In this document: piece by piece, positions 37,656 through 45,516 of the stretch
How positions within the stretch are numbered: the first letter of the stretch is position 1
Layout: every line of letters starts with the position of its first letter
Source of the DNA: Thermoplasmatota archaeon
GTDB taxonomy: Archaea; Thermoplasmatota; Thermoplasmata; UBA10834
Reading direction: 5' to 3'
DNA length: 64,000 bases
Assembly: GCA_040751795.1 (NCBI GenBank)
Contig: JBFMHR010000004.1
Location: 32,001 to 96,000 of the forward strand
Notes under the pieces: generated by a model
Told to the model about the DNA's origin: nothing
The model's input: only the letters and a program-made list of their open reading frames with translations
The model's database searches: none
Made by a program: the position numbers and the translations under genes

Positions 37656-37895
37656 ATGACGTTCAGGCTCAAGGTGAAGAATGCCGAGACGGGGGCGACG
37701 GTGGAGATGGAGCTGGACGACGACAACACCGTCGACGAGATGATCGAGAGCGCTGCCACGTTCTGGAACAAGGACATGGGCGCGTACGTGCTCAGGAAGG
37801 GCAAGAAGGTCCTCCGGGGCGGGTCCACGCTCAAGGAGTCCGGCGTGATGGCCGAGGACGTGCTGGAGCTCATCCCCGACCCCGAGGGCGGATAG
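37656..37895 (+). CDS. Ubiquitin-like protein (79 aa) with free C-terminal Gly-Gly
   Basis: Beta-grasp-like pattern FRLKVKN...VEMEL...TVDEM...GKKVL...STLKESGV...LELI; ends PEGG-stop; AGGTGG SD. Confidence 0.85.
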   Translation: MTFRLKVKNAETGATVEMELDDDNTVDEMIESAATFWNKDMGAYVLRKGKKVLRGGSTLKESGVMAEDVLELIPDPEGG

Positions 37896-37900
37896 TCCGG

Positions 37901-38422
37901 ATGTCCCTGCCGATAGACGTCCTGAGGCTGCGCATCAAGAACGAGATCGACGCATGCCAGCGAGAGCTGCGCCACCACATCTCCGTCTCGGACCCGACGC
38001 TCAGCCGCTTCCCCATCCAGATCAACGTTCATCTCCTCCGCGTCCCCGGCCCCGCCTGGGAGGACGGGAGGGTTGTGCACCTCTTCGTCCACAAGTTCGC
38101 GCTCATCATAGGCGAGGACTACCCGATGGAGAAGCCGATCGTCAAGTGGATGACGCCCATATTCCACCCCAACATCATGCCCCCCGAGGACGGGGGCTAC
38201 GTCTGCACCAAGCTCCTCGAGAACTGGGACCTCAGCTCGAGCCTGTCGGCCTTCATAATCGGCCTAGAGTCCCTGCTCTCCAACCCGAACCCCGGGAACC
38301 CGTTCGGCTCGGACGCGTGCACGCGTGCGGCCGCCTACTTCAACAGGAACAGGTACTCGCCCCCCTCGCAGATGGACCAGTCGGACAGGAGGGTCAGGAT
38401 CGTGGGGGCGTCCCATGGCTAG
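37901..38422 (+). CDS. E2 ubiquitin-conjugating enzyme (UBC fold)
   Basis: RLRIKNEI N-helix; EDYPMEKPIVKWMTPIFHPNI; GYVC102; W...SL...LESLLSNPNPGNP. Confidence 0.92.
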   Translation: MSLPIDVLRLRIKNEIDACQRELRHHISVSDPTLSRFPIQINVHLLRVPGPAWEDGRVVHLFVHKFALIIGEDYPMEKPIVKWMTPIFHPNIMPPEDGGYVCTKLLENWDLSSSLSAFIIGLESLLSNPNPGNPFGSDACTRAAAYFNRNRYSPPSQMDQSDRRVRIVGASHG

Positions 38423-39059
38423 GCCGAAGGTGGTGAGGGAGACCAGGCGGAGCCCGGAGGAGAGGCGCCCGCCGGCCGCGGGCTCGCTGCGCCCTCACGG
38501 GTGGCTGTCCCCGGACTCCTTGGCCGCGTACGAGGAGGCTCTGTCCTCCGGGGCACCATTCCCCCTGTACATCTCCTCGCACGCCGAGGCGCTGATGCGC
38601 TCCCACGCCGAGAGGGAGGCGCCGCGGAGGCTCGAGGTGATGGGATTCATGCTCGGGGAGGTCGCCTCCTGGGAGGGCTCGGTGTACGCGACAGTGAGGG
38701 ACGCCGCCTCGACGGACCTGAAGAGCAGCCCCTCGAAGGTCAGGTTCGACCGCGACGCCTTCCCGAAGCTCTTCGGGGACATGGACGGCTCGGGCTTCGA
38801 CTACATCATCGTCGGGTGGTACCACTCCCACCCCGGCCACACATGCTTCCTCTCGAGGACGGACCTGGAGACCCAGAGGACCATGTTCGACCAGCCCTAC
38901 CACTCCGCCCTCGTGATAGACCCCCTGAGCGAGGACGTCAAGGCGTTCAGGCTCGCCGGCCGGGGGTACGAGGAGGTCCCCTTCGCCGTCACCGACGCGA
39001 TCTCCCCCGCCAGGCGGGTGGGGGGAAGGACCCGGAGGCTCAGGGCGGGCCAATCCTGA
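38415..39059 (+). CDS. JAB/MPN+ (JAMM) metallo-isopeptidase, Rpn11/CSN5-like
   Basis: EVMGFMLG, IVGWYHSHPGHTCFLSRTDLETQ and ALVIDP; overlaps the E2 stop by 8 nt. Confidence 0.92.
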   Translation: MARPKVVRETRRSPEERRPPAAGSLRPHGWLSPDSLAAYEEALSSGAPFPLYISSHAEALMRSHAEREAPRRLEVMGFMLGEVASWEGSVYATVRDAASTDLKSSPSKVRFDRDAFPKLFGDMDGSGFDYIIVGWYHSHPGHTCFLSRTDLETQRTMFDQPYHSALVIDPLSEDVKAFRLAGRGYEEVPFAVTDAISPARRVGGRTRRLRAGQS

Positions 39060-39106
39060 GGGAAAAGCTATTCGTGCCGCCCGTCTTAGGGTCCTATCGG
39101 TGTGAG

Positions 39107-40240
39107 ATGGCCCCTGGATGTACGCCCGCCCTCCTCATCGCGCTCGCGTTCCTGTCCATGTGTGCCTCGGGGCTCGCCGCAGGCGAGGACGGGGACGACT
39201 ATGCGATCTTCTACAGCGTCGACGACACGAAGGTCAGCATAGTCTCGGGCAACCTCACCGTGGCCGTCACCAGGGACTGGCCGAGGGTGCTCTTCTGGCA
39301 CTCGGATGACCCGTTCTCCCCCACCTTCGAGGTCGGTTTCCCGAAGCTCTACCTGTTCAACGACACCGACAGGGACGGCAGGTTCTGCAGGTCGGAGGCC
39401 GTCTACACCGTCTACCTCGACTCGAACCGGGTGGAGTGGAACCTCTCCTCGGTCTCGTTCGGCTACGAGGGCGAGCTTGGGGAGTCCATATCCTTCTCGA
39501 TGACCGCAAGGGCGAACGCCTTCAACGACACGCTCGACGCGCCCCCGGCCGTCGAGTCGTGGGCCAACGTGACGTTCTGGTTCAGGGTCGCCGAGAACAC
39601 GACCACCGTCGCCAACCCCGCCGGCTCGTACGGCCTGTCGGGGAAGACGGAGATGCTCGTCGACATGAGCATCGAGGTCACCAACAGGACTGAGTTCGAC
39701 GCGGTCGCCCTGGAGCGCTTCCTGCAGGGCGGGGGCACGACCGACATGTTCGAGATACTCGAGGACGGCCGGGACGGGGCCGTGAGCGCGGTGCTCTCTG
39801 GCAGGGTCGACGAGAGCGCCGGTGACGGGGACTTCACGAGGCCCCTGAACATGACGGACTCCGCAGTCCAGAGCATCGAGTTCGCGAAGGACGACGGCAC
39901 GGTCCAGGCGTTCTACAGCTGGGGCTCGGAGGCCGTGGACGCGAGCGGGTCCACGCCAGGGGTCCACCTCAACTCGTCGTGCTTCACGACCGGGGCCGGG
40001 CTCATCCTTCACTCCGTCGTGCCGCTGTCCAACGGGACCGCATCCATCTCGCACGACTCGAGCGTCGGCCTGGTCGAGGAGGGCTTCGTCGGGGCCATGA
40101 CGGACTGGATAAGGGAGCACGGCCTCGTGCTGGGGTCGGCAGCGGCCGTCGCCGCCGTGGCGGGCGTCGTCGCGCTGCACCTGGTCCTGAGGCGGAGGCG
40201 CTTCGGAGGGGAAGGCCCCGAGGAGAGAGGCGCCAAGTGA
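39107..40240 (+). CDS. Membrane-anchored secreted hypothetical protein
   Basis: Signal peptide; several N-x-S/T sequons; C-terminal TM followed by RRRR. Confidence 0.78.
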   Translation: MAPGCTPALLIALAFLSMCASGLAAGEDGDDYAIFYSVDDTKVSIVSGNLTVAVTRDWPRVLFWHSDDPFSPTFEVGFPKLYLFNDTDRDGRFCRSEAVYTVYLDSNRVEWNLSSVSFGYEGELGESISFSMTARANAFNDTLDAPPAVESWANVTFWFRVAENTTTVANPAGSYGLSGKTEMLVDMSIEVTNRTEFDAVALERFLQGGGTTDMFEILEDGRDGAVSAVLSGRVDESAGDGDFTRPLNMTDSAVQSIEFAKDDGTVQAFYSWGSEAVDASGSTPGVHLNSSCFTTGAGLILHSVVPLSNGTASISHDSSVGLVEEGFVGAMTDWIREHGLVLGSAAAVAAVAGVVALHLVLRRRRFGGEGPEERGAK

Positions 40241-40244
40241 GCCG

Positions 40245-40781
40245 TCAGACCCATATCGCGTGCCGCTTCCTCATCTGGCCCTCGCCCTGGCCGAGCTTCT
40301 CCATCAGCCGGGCGACTATGCCGTCGAGGTAGATCAGGGTGGCGTCCTCGAAGAGCGTGCCGAGGGGCGCGAGCGTGCGCCGGTCCTCGTCCTTCGGGGG
40401 CGTTATCGATATGACGACGTTGGAGGCGCTCGCGAGCTTCGAGTGCGGGTTGGCGGTTATCGTGATGACCCTCGCGCCGACCCTCCGGACTATGTTCGCC
40501 GTCTGCACGGCCGACATGGTCTCGCCGGTGTGGGACACGATGACGACGAGGTGGCCCTCCTCGACTATCGGGGTCACGGTCTCCCCGACGAAGTAGACCT
40601 CGAGCCCCATCTGGACGAGCCTTATGGCGAACGCCTTGGCGATGAGCCCCGAGCGGCCGACCCCGTAGATGAAGACCCTCCTGGCACCGATGATGGCCTC
40701 GACGAACTCGTCCGTCCCCTCGATCTCCCCCTCGAGGGTCCTGCCAATCATCCTGACTATGTACTCGGTGCTCTCCTTCAT
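40245..40781 (-). CDS. hxlB: 6-phospho-3-hexuloisomerase (SIS domain)
   Basis: GVGRSG, RLVQMG..VYFVGET, SHTGET and APLGTLFE motifs. Confidence 0.9.
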   Translation of the reverse strand: MKESTEYIVRMIGRTLEGEIEGTDEFVEAIIGARRVFIYGVGRSGLIAKAFAIRLVQMGLEVYFVGETVTPIVEEGHLVVIVSHTGETMSAVQTANIVRRVGARVITITANPHSKLASASNVVISITPPKDEDRRTLAPLGTLFEDATLIYLDGIVARLMEKLGQGEGQMRKRHAIWV

Positions 40782-41827
40782 CTCGACCCGGCCTTCTCCT
40801 TCTTGTTGTTCACGGTCTCCTTGCCCTCCCTCGAGACCCTCTTGGAGAGGACCCTCTCCAGTATGACCTTCATGTACATCGCGTCGTGCTCGAGCAGCGG
40901 GGAGCCGGATATGATCGTGATGGGGTCGTTCCTGTCGACCAAGGCCTCGGCCAGCGGCTCGAACCTGAGGTCCCCCTTCTTGATGGAGGTGTAGCGCTTC
41001 TCGTTGCCGTCCTCGTGCTCGACGCCCGAGAAGTGGGTGTAGAACTCCCCGTCGGAGAGGTCGGACAGCGAGTCCAGGAGCTCGTCGAAGTCCTTCGGCT
41101 CCTTGAGCTTACCGTGCTCGCGCGCGTGGTAGTGCGCGAAGTTGACCACCGGGACGACGCCCTCGATCTCCTTGCACAGCTTCGCGACCTCGGGGAGGGA
41201 CCCGAAGATCTCCCTGCGCCCGCTGAGCTCGAGCCCTATCGGGGCCTTGATCCTCTGCTTCTTGTACCAGGCCGAGAGCTCCTTGACCCTGCCCCTGATG
41301 CGCTTGAAGGCGGTCTTGTCGTCCACGTCCCCGTACAGCCCGAGGTGGGTGACGACCATCGAGCCCCCGAGGGCCTTGGCGATGATGCCGCCCCACCTGA
41401 TCGAGTCCATGCTCTTGAACGAGAGCTCCCCCTCGCTGACGAGGTCCATGTAGTAGGGCGTGTGGATCGACATGGCCACGTCGAGCTCGTCGGCCATCAC
41501 CCTGAGCTTGTCCAGGTCCTGGTAGTTGGTGGCCAGGCCGCTCGTGAGGGCGACCAGGGTGTCCTCGGCCTTTATGGGGGTGTCGAGGTCGTACAGGACC
41601 TCCTCCTTCACCCCCTTCTTGCGCACGATCTCGATGACCATGTCGCTGGTGAGCTCGAGGGGGGTCATGCCGACCTCCTCGGGCTCGGCCGTGCGCTCCT
41701 GGACGCTAGCCCTGACGAGCTGCGTCTCGAGGGCCGTGAGGCCGAGGTGGTGGACGTCCTCGATTCCGTCCTTCAATGTGCGCCCCTTGCAGGAGAGTGG
41801 GATTCCCGCGGGGCCAAAACGTATCAT
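40778..41827 (-). CDS. Endonuclease IV-like TIM-barrel protein (AP endonuclease 2 family)
   Basis: IRFGPAGIP, IHTPYY, ELSG, NFAHYHAR, HFSG and SPLLEHDA motifs. Confidence 0.82.
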   Translation of the reverse strand: MIRFGPAGIPLSCKGRTLKDGIEDVHHLGLTALETQLVRASVQERTAEPEEVGMTPLELTSDMVIEIVRKKGVKEEVLYDLDTPIKAEDTLVALTSGLATNYQDLDKLRVMADELDVAMSIHTPYYMDLVSEGELSFKSMDSIRWGGIIAKALGGSMVVTHLGLYGDVDDKTAFKRIRGRVKELSAWYKKQRIKAPIGLELSGRREIFGSLPEVAKLCKEIEGVVPVVNFAHYHAREHGKLKEPKDFDELLDSLSDLSDGEFYTHFSGVEHEDGNEKRYTSIKKGDLRFEPLAEALVDRNDPITIISGSPLLEHDAMYMKVILERVLSKRVSREGKETVNNKKEKAGSR

Positions 41828-42046
41828 CAGAGACCACTGATATGAGCTGAGTTTCCGGAGTATGCCTTATGGCGTATATATCTATTCGTGGACGTCGTAT
41901 ATTGGTCCGCCCGCCCGCCAGCCCGCGCCCTCGCGCCCCGCGCGGCGTGGCGGATGACATCTGGCCAGGGTCCCGGGGGCATCCAAAGCTTTATAAACGG
42001 TTCCCCCATTTACTCGCCTGCTCTCTGGTTGTCGGAGGAGTCAGAT

Positions 42047-42412
42047 ATGGGTAAGATCTCTAAGAAGACGAATCCCAACCTCGTAGGCCTGATCAAGCGT
42101 CTCAAGGACGCGAGCAGGACCAACGAGGCACCTGTCTGGCGAGACATCGCAGCACGCCTGGAGGGCCCTCAGCGGAACTGGGCCGAGGTCAACGTCGGGA
42201 AGCTCCACCTCTATGCGGAGGAGGACGACGTGATCGTGGTCCCGGGGAAGCTCCTGGGCTCGGGCGAGCTCGCGAAGAAGCTCACCGTCGCGGCATACAG
42301 GTCATCGGGACAGGCGAAGGACAAGGTTGCGAAGGCGGGCGGGACAAGCATGTCCATAGAGGAGCTCATGGCTAAGTACCCCAAGGGCTCCAAAGTCAAG
42401 ATCATGGGGTGA
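42047..42412 (+). CDS. rpl18e: 50S ribosomal protein L18e
   Basis: KTNPNL, APVWRDIA, AEVNVGK and VVPGKLLGSG motifs. Confidence 0.96.
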   Translation: MGKISKKTNPNLVGLIKRLKDASRTNEAPVWRDIAARLEGPQRNWAEVNVGKLHLYAEEDDVIVVPGKLLGSGELAKKLTVAAYRSSGQAKDKVAKAGGTSMSIEELMAKYPKGSKVKIMG

Positions 42413-42417
42413 AGGCC

Positions 42418-42843
42418 ATGGCCGTCATAGATGCAGAAGGGCTCGTGCTAGGGAGGCTCAGCACCCACGTCGCAAAGCGCCTCCTCAGCGGCGAGGAGAT
42501 CGTCATAGTCAACGCCGAGAAGGCCGTCATCTCGGGCGACAAGGTCCAGTTGCTCGCTCACTACAAGCACAGGAGGGAGAGGGGCACGAGGAACCACGGG
42601 CCGTTCTTCCCGCGCGACGCCGACGCGATCCTCAAGAGGACCGTCCGTGGGATGCTCGAGCACAAGAAGCCCTCGGGACGCGCCGCCTACAGGCGCCTCA
42701 AGGTCTACGTGGGCGTCCCGAAAGGGCTCCAGGCCGAGAAGGCTGAGACCCTCGAGTCGGCGAAGAAGCCCCAGCTGTCCAAGTACACGACCCTTGCTGC
42801 GATATCCAAGGAGCTCGGGTCCAAGAGGGAGGTCCGCACATGA
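42418..42843 (+). CDS. rpl13: 50S ribosomal protein L13
   Basis: [20 protein letters not shown] and RTVRGML motifs. Confidence 0.96.
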   Translation: MAVIDAEGLVLGRLSTHVAKRLLSGEEIVIVNAEKAVISGDKVQLLAHYKHRRERGTRNHGPFFPRDADAILKRTVRGMLEHKKPSGRAAYRRLKVYVGVPKGLQAEKAETLESAKKPQLSKYTTLAAISKELGSKREVRT

Positions 42844-43238
42844 AGGTCGTAGTCGCCAGTGGCAAGAGGAAGAGCGCGGTCGCGAGGGCCAGCGTCAGGA
42901 AGGGCCGCGGTCTCGTCAGGATCAACAGCGTCCCGGTCGAGATATACGAGCCGTCCCTCGCGAGGACGAAGATCATGGAGCCGCTGACGCTCGCAGGCGA
43001 CAAGTCCACGAAGGTGGACATCGACGTGAACGTCGAGGGCGGCGGTGTCATGGGCCAGGCGACCGCCTCCAGGACCGCGATAGCCAAGGGGCTGGTCCAG
43101 TTCCTGGAGGACCAGGACCTCGAGGCCATGTTCATGAGGTACGACCGCTCGCTCCTCGTCTCGGACGCGAGGAGGAAGCTGCCGAAGAAGCCTCTGGGCA
43201 GGGGCGCGAGGAAGAAGAGGCAGAAGTCGTACAGGTGA
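42840..43238 (+). CDS. rps9: 30S ribosomal protein S9
   Basis: [18 protein letters not shown] and C-terminal QKSYR. Confidence 0.97.
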   Translation: MKVVVASGKRKSAVARASVRKGRGLVRINSVPVEIYEPSLARTKIMEPLTLAGDKSTKVDIDVNVEGGGVMGQATASRTAIAKGLVQFLEDQDLEAMFMRYDRSLLVSDARRKLPKKPLGRGARKKRQKSYR

Positions 43239-43245
43239 TGTTGAG

Positions 43246-43434
43246 ATGATCATACCCGTAAGATGCTTCACGTGCGGCAAGGTCATAGGCAGCGCCTTCG
43301 AGGAGTTCGTGAAGAGGGTCGACATGGGGGAGCCGCCGAGGGACGTCCTCGACGCCCTCCACCTGGACCGGTACTGCTGCCGCAGGATGATCCTCACCCA
43401 CGCAAACCTCATAGACGAGGTCGCGCCCTACTGA
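43246..43434 (+). CDS. rpoN: DNA-directed RNA polymerase subunit N (Rpo10)
   Basis: [12 protein letters not shown]...RYCCRRM. Confidence 0.97.
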   Translation: MIIPVRCFTCGKVIGSAFEEFVKRVDMGEPPRDVLDALHLDRYCCRRMILTHANLIDEVAPY

Positions 43435-43462
43435 GGGCGCCCTCGGCAACCATTTCTCCCAC

Positions 43463-43535
43463 GGGCCCGTGGGGTAGCTTGGTATCCTTCCAGCTTGGGG
43501 TGCTGGTGACTCGCGTTCAAATCGCGACGGGCCCA
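43463..43535 (+). tRNA. tRNA-Pro(GGG)
   Basis: Acceptor GGGCCCG/CGGGCCC; anticodon arm CCAGC-TTGGGGT-GCTGG; T-arm TCGCG-TTCAAAT-CGCGA. Confidence 0.95.
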
Positions 43536-43687
43536 CATGGCCATTTAGTCAATTAGCAGGAATTGGGATTTCAGTCACATAGGGCGCCAGTGATTGTCTT
43601 CAGAGCAAGACATTGGCTTTGGTGAATACTCGGAAATGCCCCTAAGGCAGCCAATCTGTTTATTAGCGCGGTTTTGGATGACAAGCT

Positions 43688-44608
43688 GTGAACAGCCGCA
43701 ACCACGGCAACGTCGGAGCTGCGGCAGCCACGAGGCCACTTCTAATTGCCATCATGGTTACGAGCTCGTTCACGGTCATTGAGTTCATTGGCGGCATCCT
43801 GACCGACAGCCTGGCATTGATGAGCGACGCTGGTCACATGTTCACCGATACTCTCGCTCTGGCTTTGAGCCTAGGGGCCATGAGGGTGGCTATGCGCCCG
43901 TCCAGCGAGGAGATGACCTTTGGCTTCCTTCGAGCGGAGATCCTGGCTGCGTTGGTCAACGGCGCCACTCTGATTCTTGTGTCGCTGTTGATCTTCTCCG
44001 AGGCCCTCGAGCGAATCCTGGAACCGCCAGAGATAGAAGCTCCTCTTATGCTTCTTGTCGCCGTCCTCGGCCTCGCGGCAAATGCAGCAGGCATCTACCT
44101 GCTTCACGACAAGTCCAAGGGGAGTCTCAATGTCAGGGGTGCCTTCCTGCATATGCTCGGGGACCTTCTGTCCTCAATCGCAGTCATTGTCGGAGCGCTT
44201 CTCATCATGCTCTTTGACTTGAGGATTGCCGACCCATTATTGGGCATTCTGATCGGTGCCATCATACTGTACGGCTCCTGGAAACTCGTGACCCAATCGA
44301 CAGCCATCTTGCTGGAATCAGTCCCAAGCCATCTGAAGCTCGGAGACATACGGATGTCACTTCAGAGTGTTGGGGGAGTTGTTGAGATACACGATCTCCA
44401 TGTGTGGACGCTAACATCAGGTCTCCACGCGATGAGTGCGCATGTCGTAGTGGAGGACAGGCGGATCAGTGACTGCGCAGGGATCGTCCAGGAGTGCGAA
44501 AGGCTACTCAAAGAGCGATTCTCGATATCGCACACGACATTTCAGCTAGAGTTCAAGACCTGCGGAGAGAACGCATGTGTGTTTGTCTCTACCCGGCCAC
44601 TACATTGA
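43688..44608 (+). CDS. czcD: Cation diffusion facilitator (CzcD/ZitB-like Zn/Co/Cd exporter)
   Basis: SLALMSDAGHMFTD, NVRGAFLHMLGD, HDLHVW and HTTFQLE motifs. Confidence 0.92.
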   Translation: MNSRNHGNVGAAAATRPLLIAIMVTSSFTVIEFIGGILTDSLALMSDAGHMFTDTLALALSLGAMRVAMRPSSEEMTFGFLRAEILAALVNGATLILVSLLIFSEALERILEPPEIEAPLMLLVAVLGLAANAAGIYLLHDKSKGSLNVRGAFLHMLGDLLSSIAVIVGALLIMLFDLRIADPLLGILIGAIILYGSWKLVTQSTAILLESVPSHLKLGDIRMSLQSVGGVVEIHDLHVWTLTSGLHAMSAHVVVEDRRISDCAGIVQECERLLKERFSISHTTFQLEFKTCGENACVFVSTRPLH

Positions 44609-44723
44609 GGGATGTCCAATCTGATTGAAGTAGGTGAGCGGCCCGAAGGGTCCAGAGGGCAGCGGGGCGAATCCCAATCCGCGCGAATAGAGCATTTAGC
44701 CAGTAGTGCCTGTCGCGGCTCAG

Positions 44724-44745
44724 GTTCAAATCGCGACGGGCCCAC
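44724..44745 (+). repeat. attR-like copy of the tRNA-Pro 3' end
   Basis: Identical to 43515-43536. Confidence 0.9.
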
Positions 44746-44806
44746 TCGGGCAACTTCGTTGAGGGGCTGCGTGTCGGGCAGGCAGGTCTATATAGGCCGG
44801 CGTCAT

Positions 44807-44823
44807 TGACTGACGGTCAGTCA
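44807..44823. promoter_or_regulatory. Perfect 8-1-8 palindrome, probable TetR operator
   Basis: TGACTGAC-G-GTCAGTCA lies between TATATA (44789-44794) and the TetR ATG (44833). Confidence 0.75.
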
Positions 44824-44832
44824 GGTGTGCCG

Positions 44833-45516
44833 ATGCCACGCGTCACGAAGGAGCGGGATGAGCGAAGGGAGGAGTTCATAGAGGCCTCGAAGGCCCTCTT
44901 CAACAAGAAGGGCTTCGAGAATACGACGGTGGACGACATAGTCGATGCGGTGGGAGTCGCGAAGGGCCTCTTCTACTACTACTTCGAATCGAAGGACGCC
45001 CTCCTCGATGAGATCACGGATGCTTTCGTGCAGGAGATCAAGATGGCCATCACCAGTGCAGCCTCCCGCGGGGACCTTTCGGCGGTCGCCAAGATGGAGC
45101 TGCTGCTCGAGGCTTCTGGCGACATCAAGGTGAAGTCGATGGCCCTTGTGAGATACTTCCACGAGGCGAGGAACAGGCACCTGCACCTGGCGGTCGAGGA
45201 GCGCGTGATGGAGTTCCTGGTCCCCGCCCTCCAGGACATCATCCGACAGGGGGTCGAGGAGGGGGTCTTCGATACCAAGCAACCTCACCATGCGTCCCTG
45301 GCCATCATCGGCGCAGGGAGGGCGATATCCCACGAGTGGACGGACCGACTCTCGGCGGGGGAGGTGATGGAGATGGTCTCCGCGTACCAGGCCTTGGCCG
45401 AGAGGATGCTCGGCGCCCGCCCAGGCACCCTTGACGTCTACAGCCGTTTGGTGAAGAAGAACCTGGCCAAGGTCACATCGTCAGGCCGAAGGGGCCCGAG
45501 GAGGCAGGGGAAGTGA
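44833..45516 (+). CDS. TetR/AcrR family transcriptional regulator
   Basis: LFNKKGFENTTVDDIVDAVGVAKGLFYYYFESKD. Confidence 0.92.
   Translation: MPRVTKERDERREEFIEASKALFNKKGFENTTVDDIVDAVGVAKGLFYYYFESKDALLDEITDAFVQEIKMAITSAASRGDLSAVAKMELLLEASGDIKVKSMALVRYFHEARNRHLHLAVEERVMEFLVPALQDIIRQGVEEGVFDTKQPHHASLAIIGAGRAISHEWTDRLSAGEVMEMVSAYQALAERMLGARPGTLDVYSRLVKKNLAKVTSSGRRGPRRQGK

Larger units (their letters stand above)
43515..44745. mobile_element. Mini genomic islet integrated at tRNA-Pro, no integrase present
   Basis: Exact 22-bp direct repeat GTTCAAATCGCGACGGGCCCAC at 43515-43536 and 44724-44745; the interior is visibly more AT-rich than the flanks. Confidence 0.8.

Noticed and set aside
36806-37895. 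E1 plus GG-protein as an ordinary ThiF/ThiS or MoeB/MoaD sulfur relay
   Set aside because: No thiamine, molybdopterin or tRNA-thiolation genes are adjacent, whereas an intact E2 and an Rpn11-like JAB follow directly. Not formally excluded without assay.
41830-42040. GC-rich intergenic region between the EndoIV-like gene and rpl18e as a possible ncRNA
   Set aside because: It is explained by divergent promoters (TATA-like boxes near 41875 and 41990); no recognisable RNA family fold.
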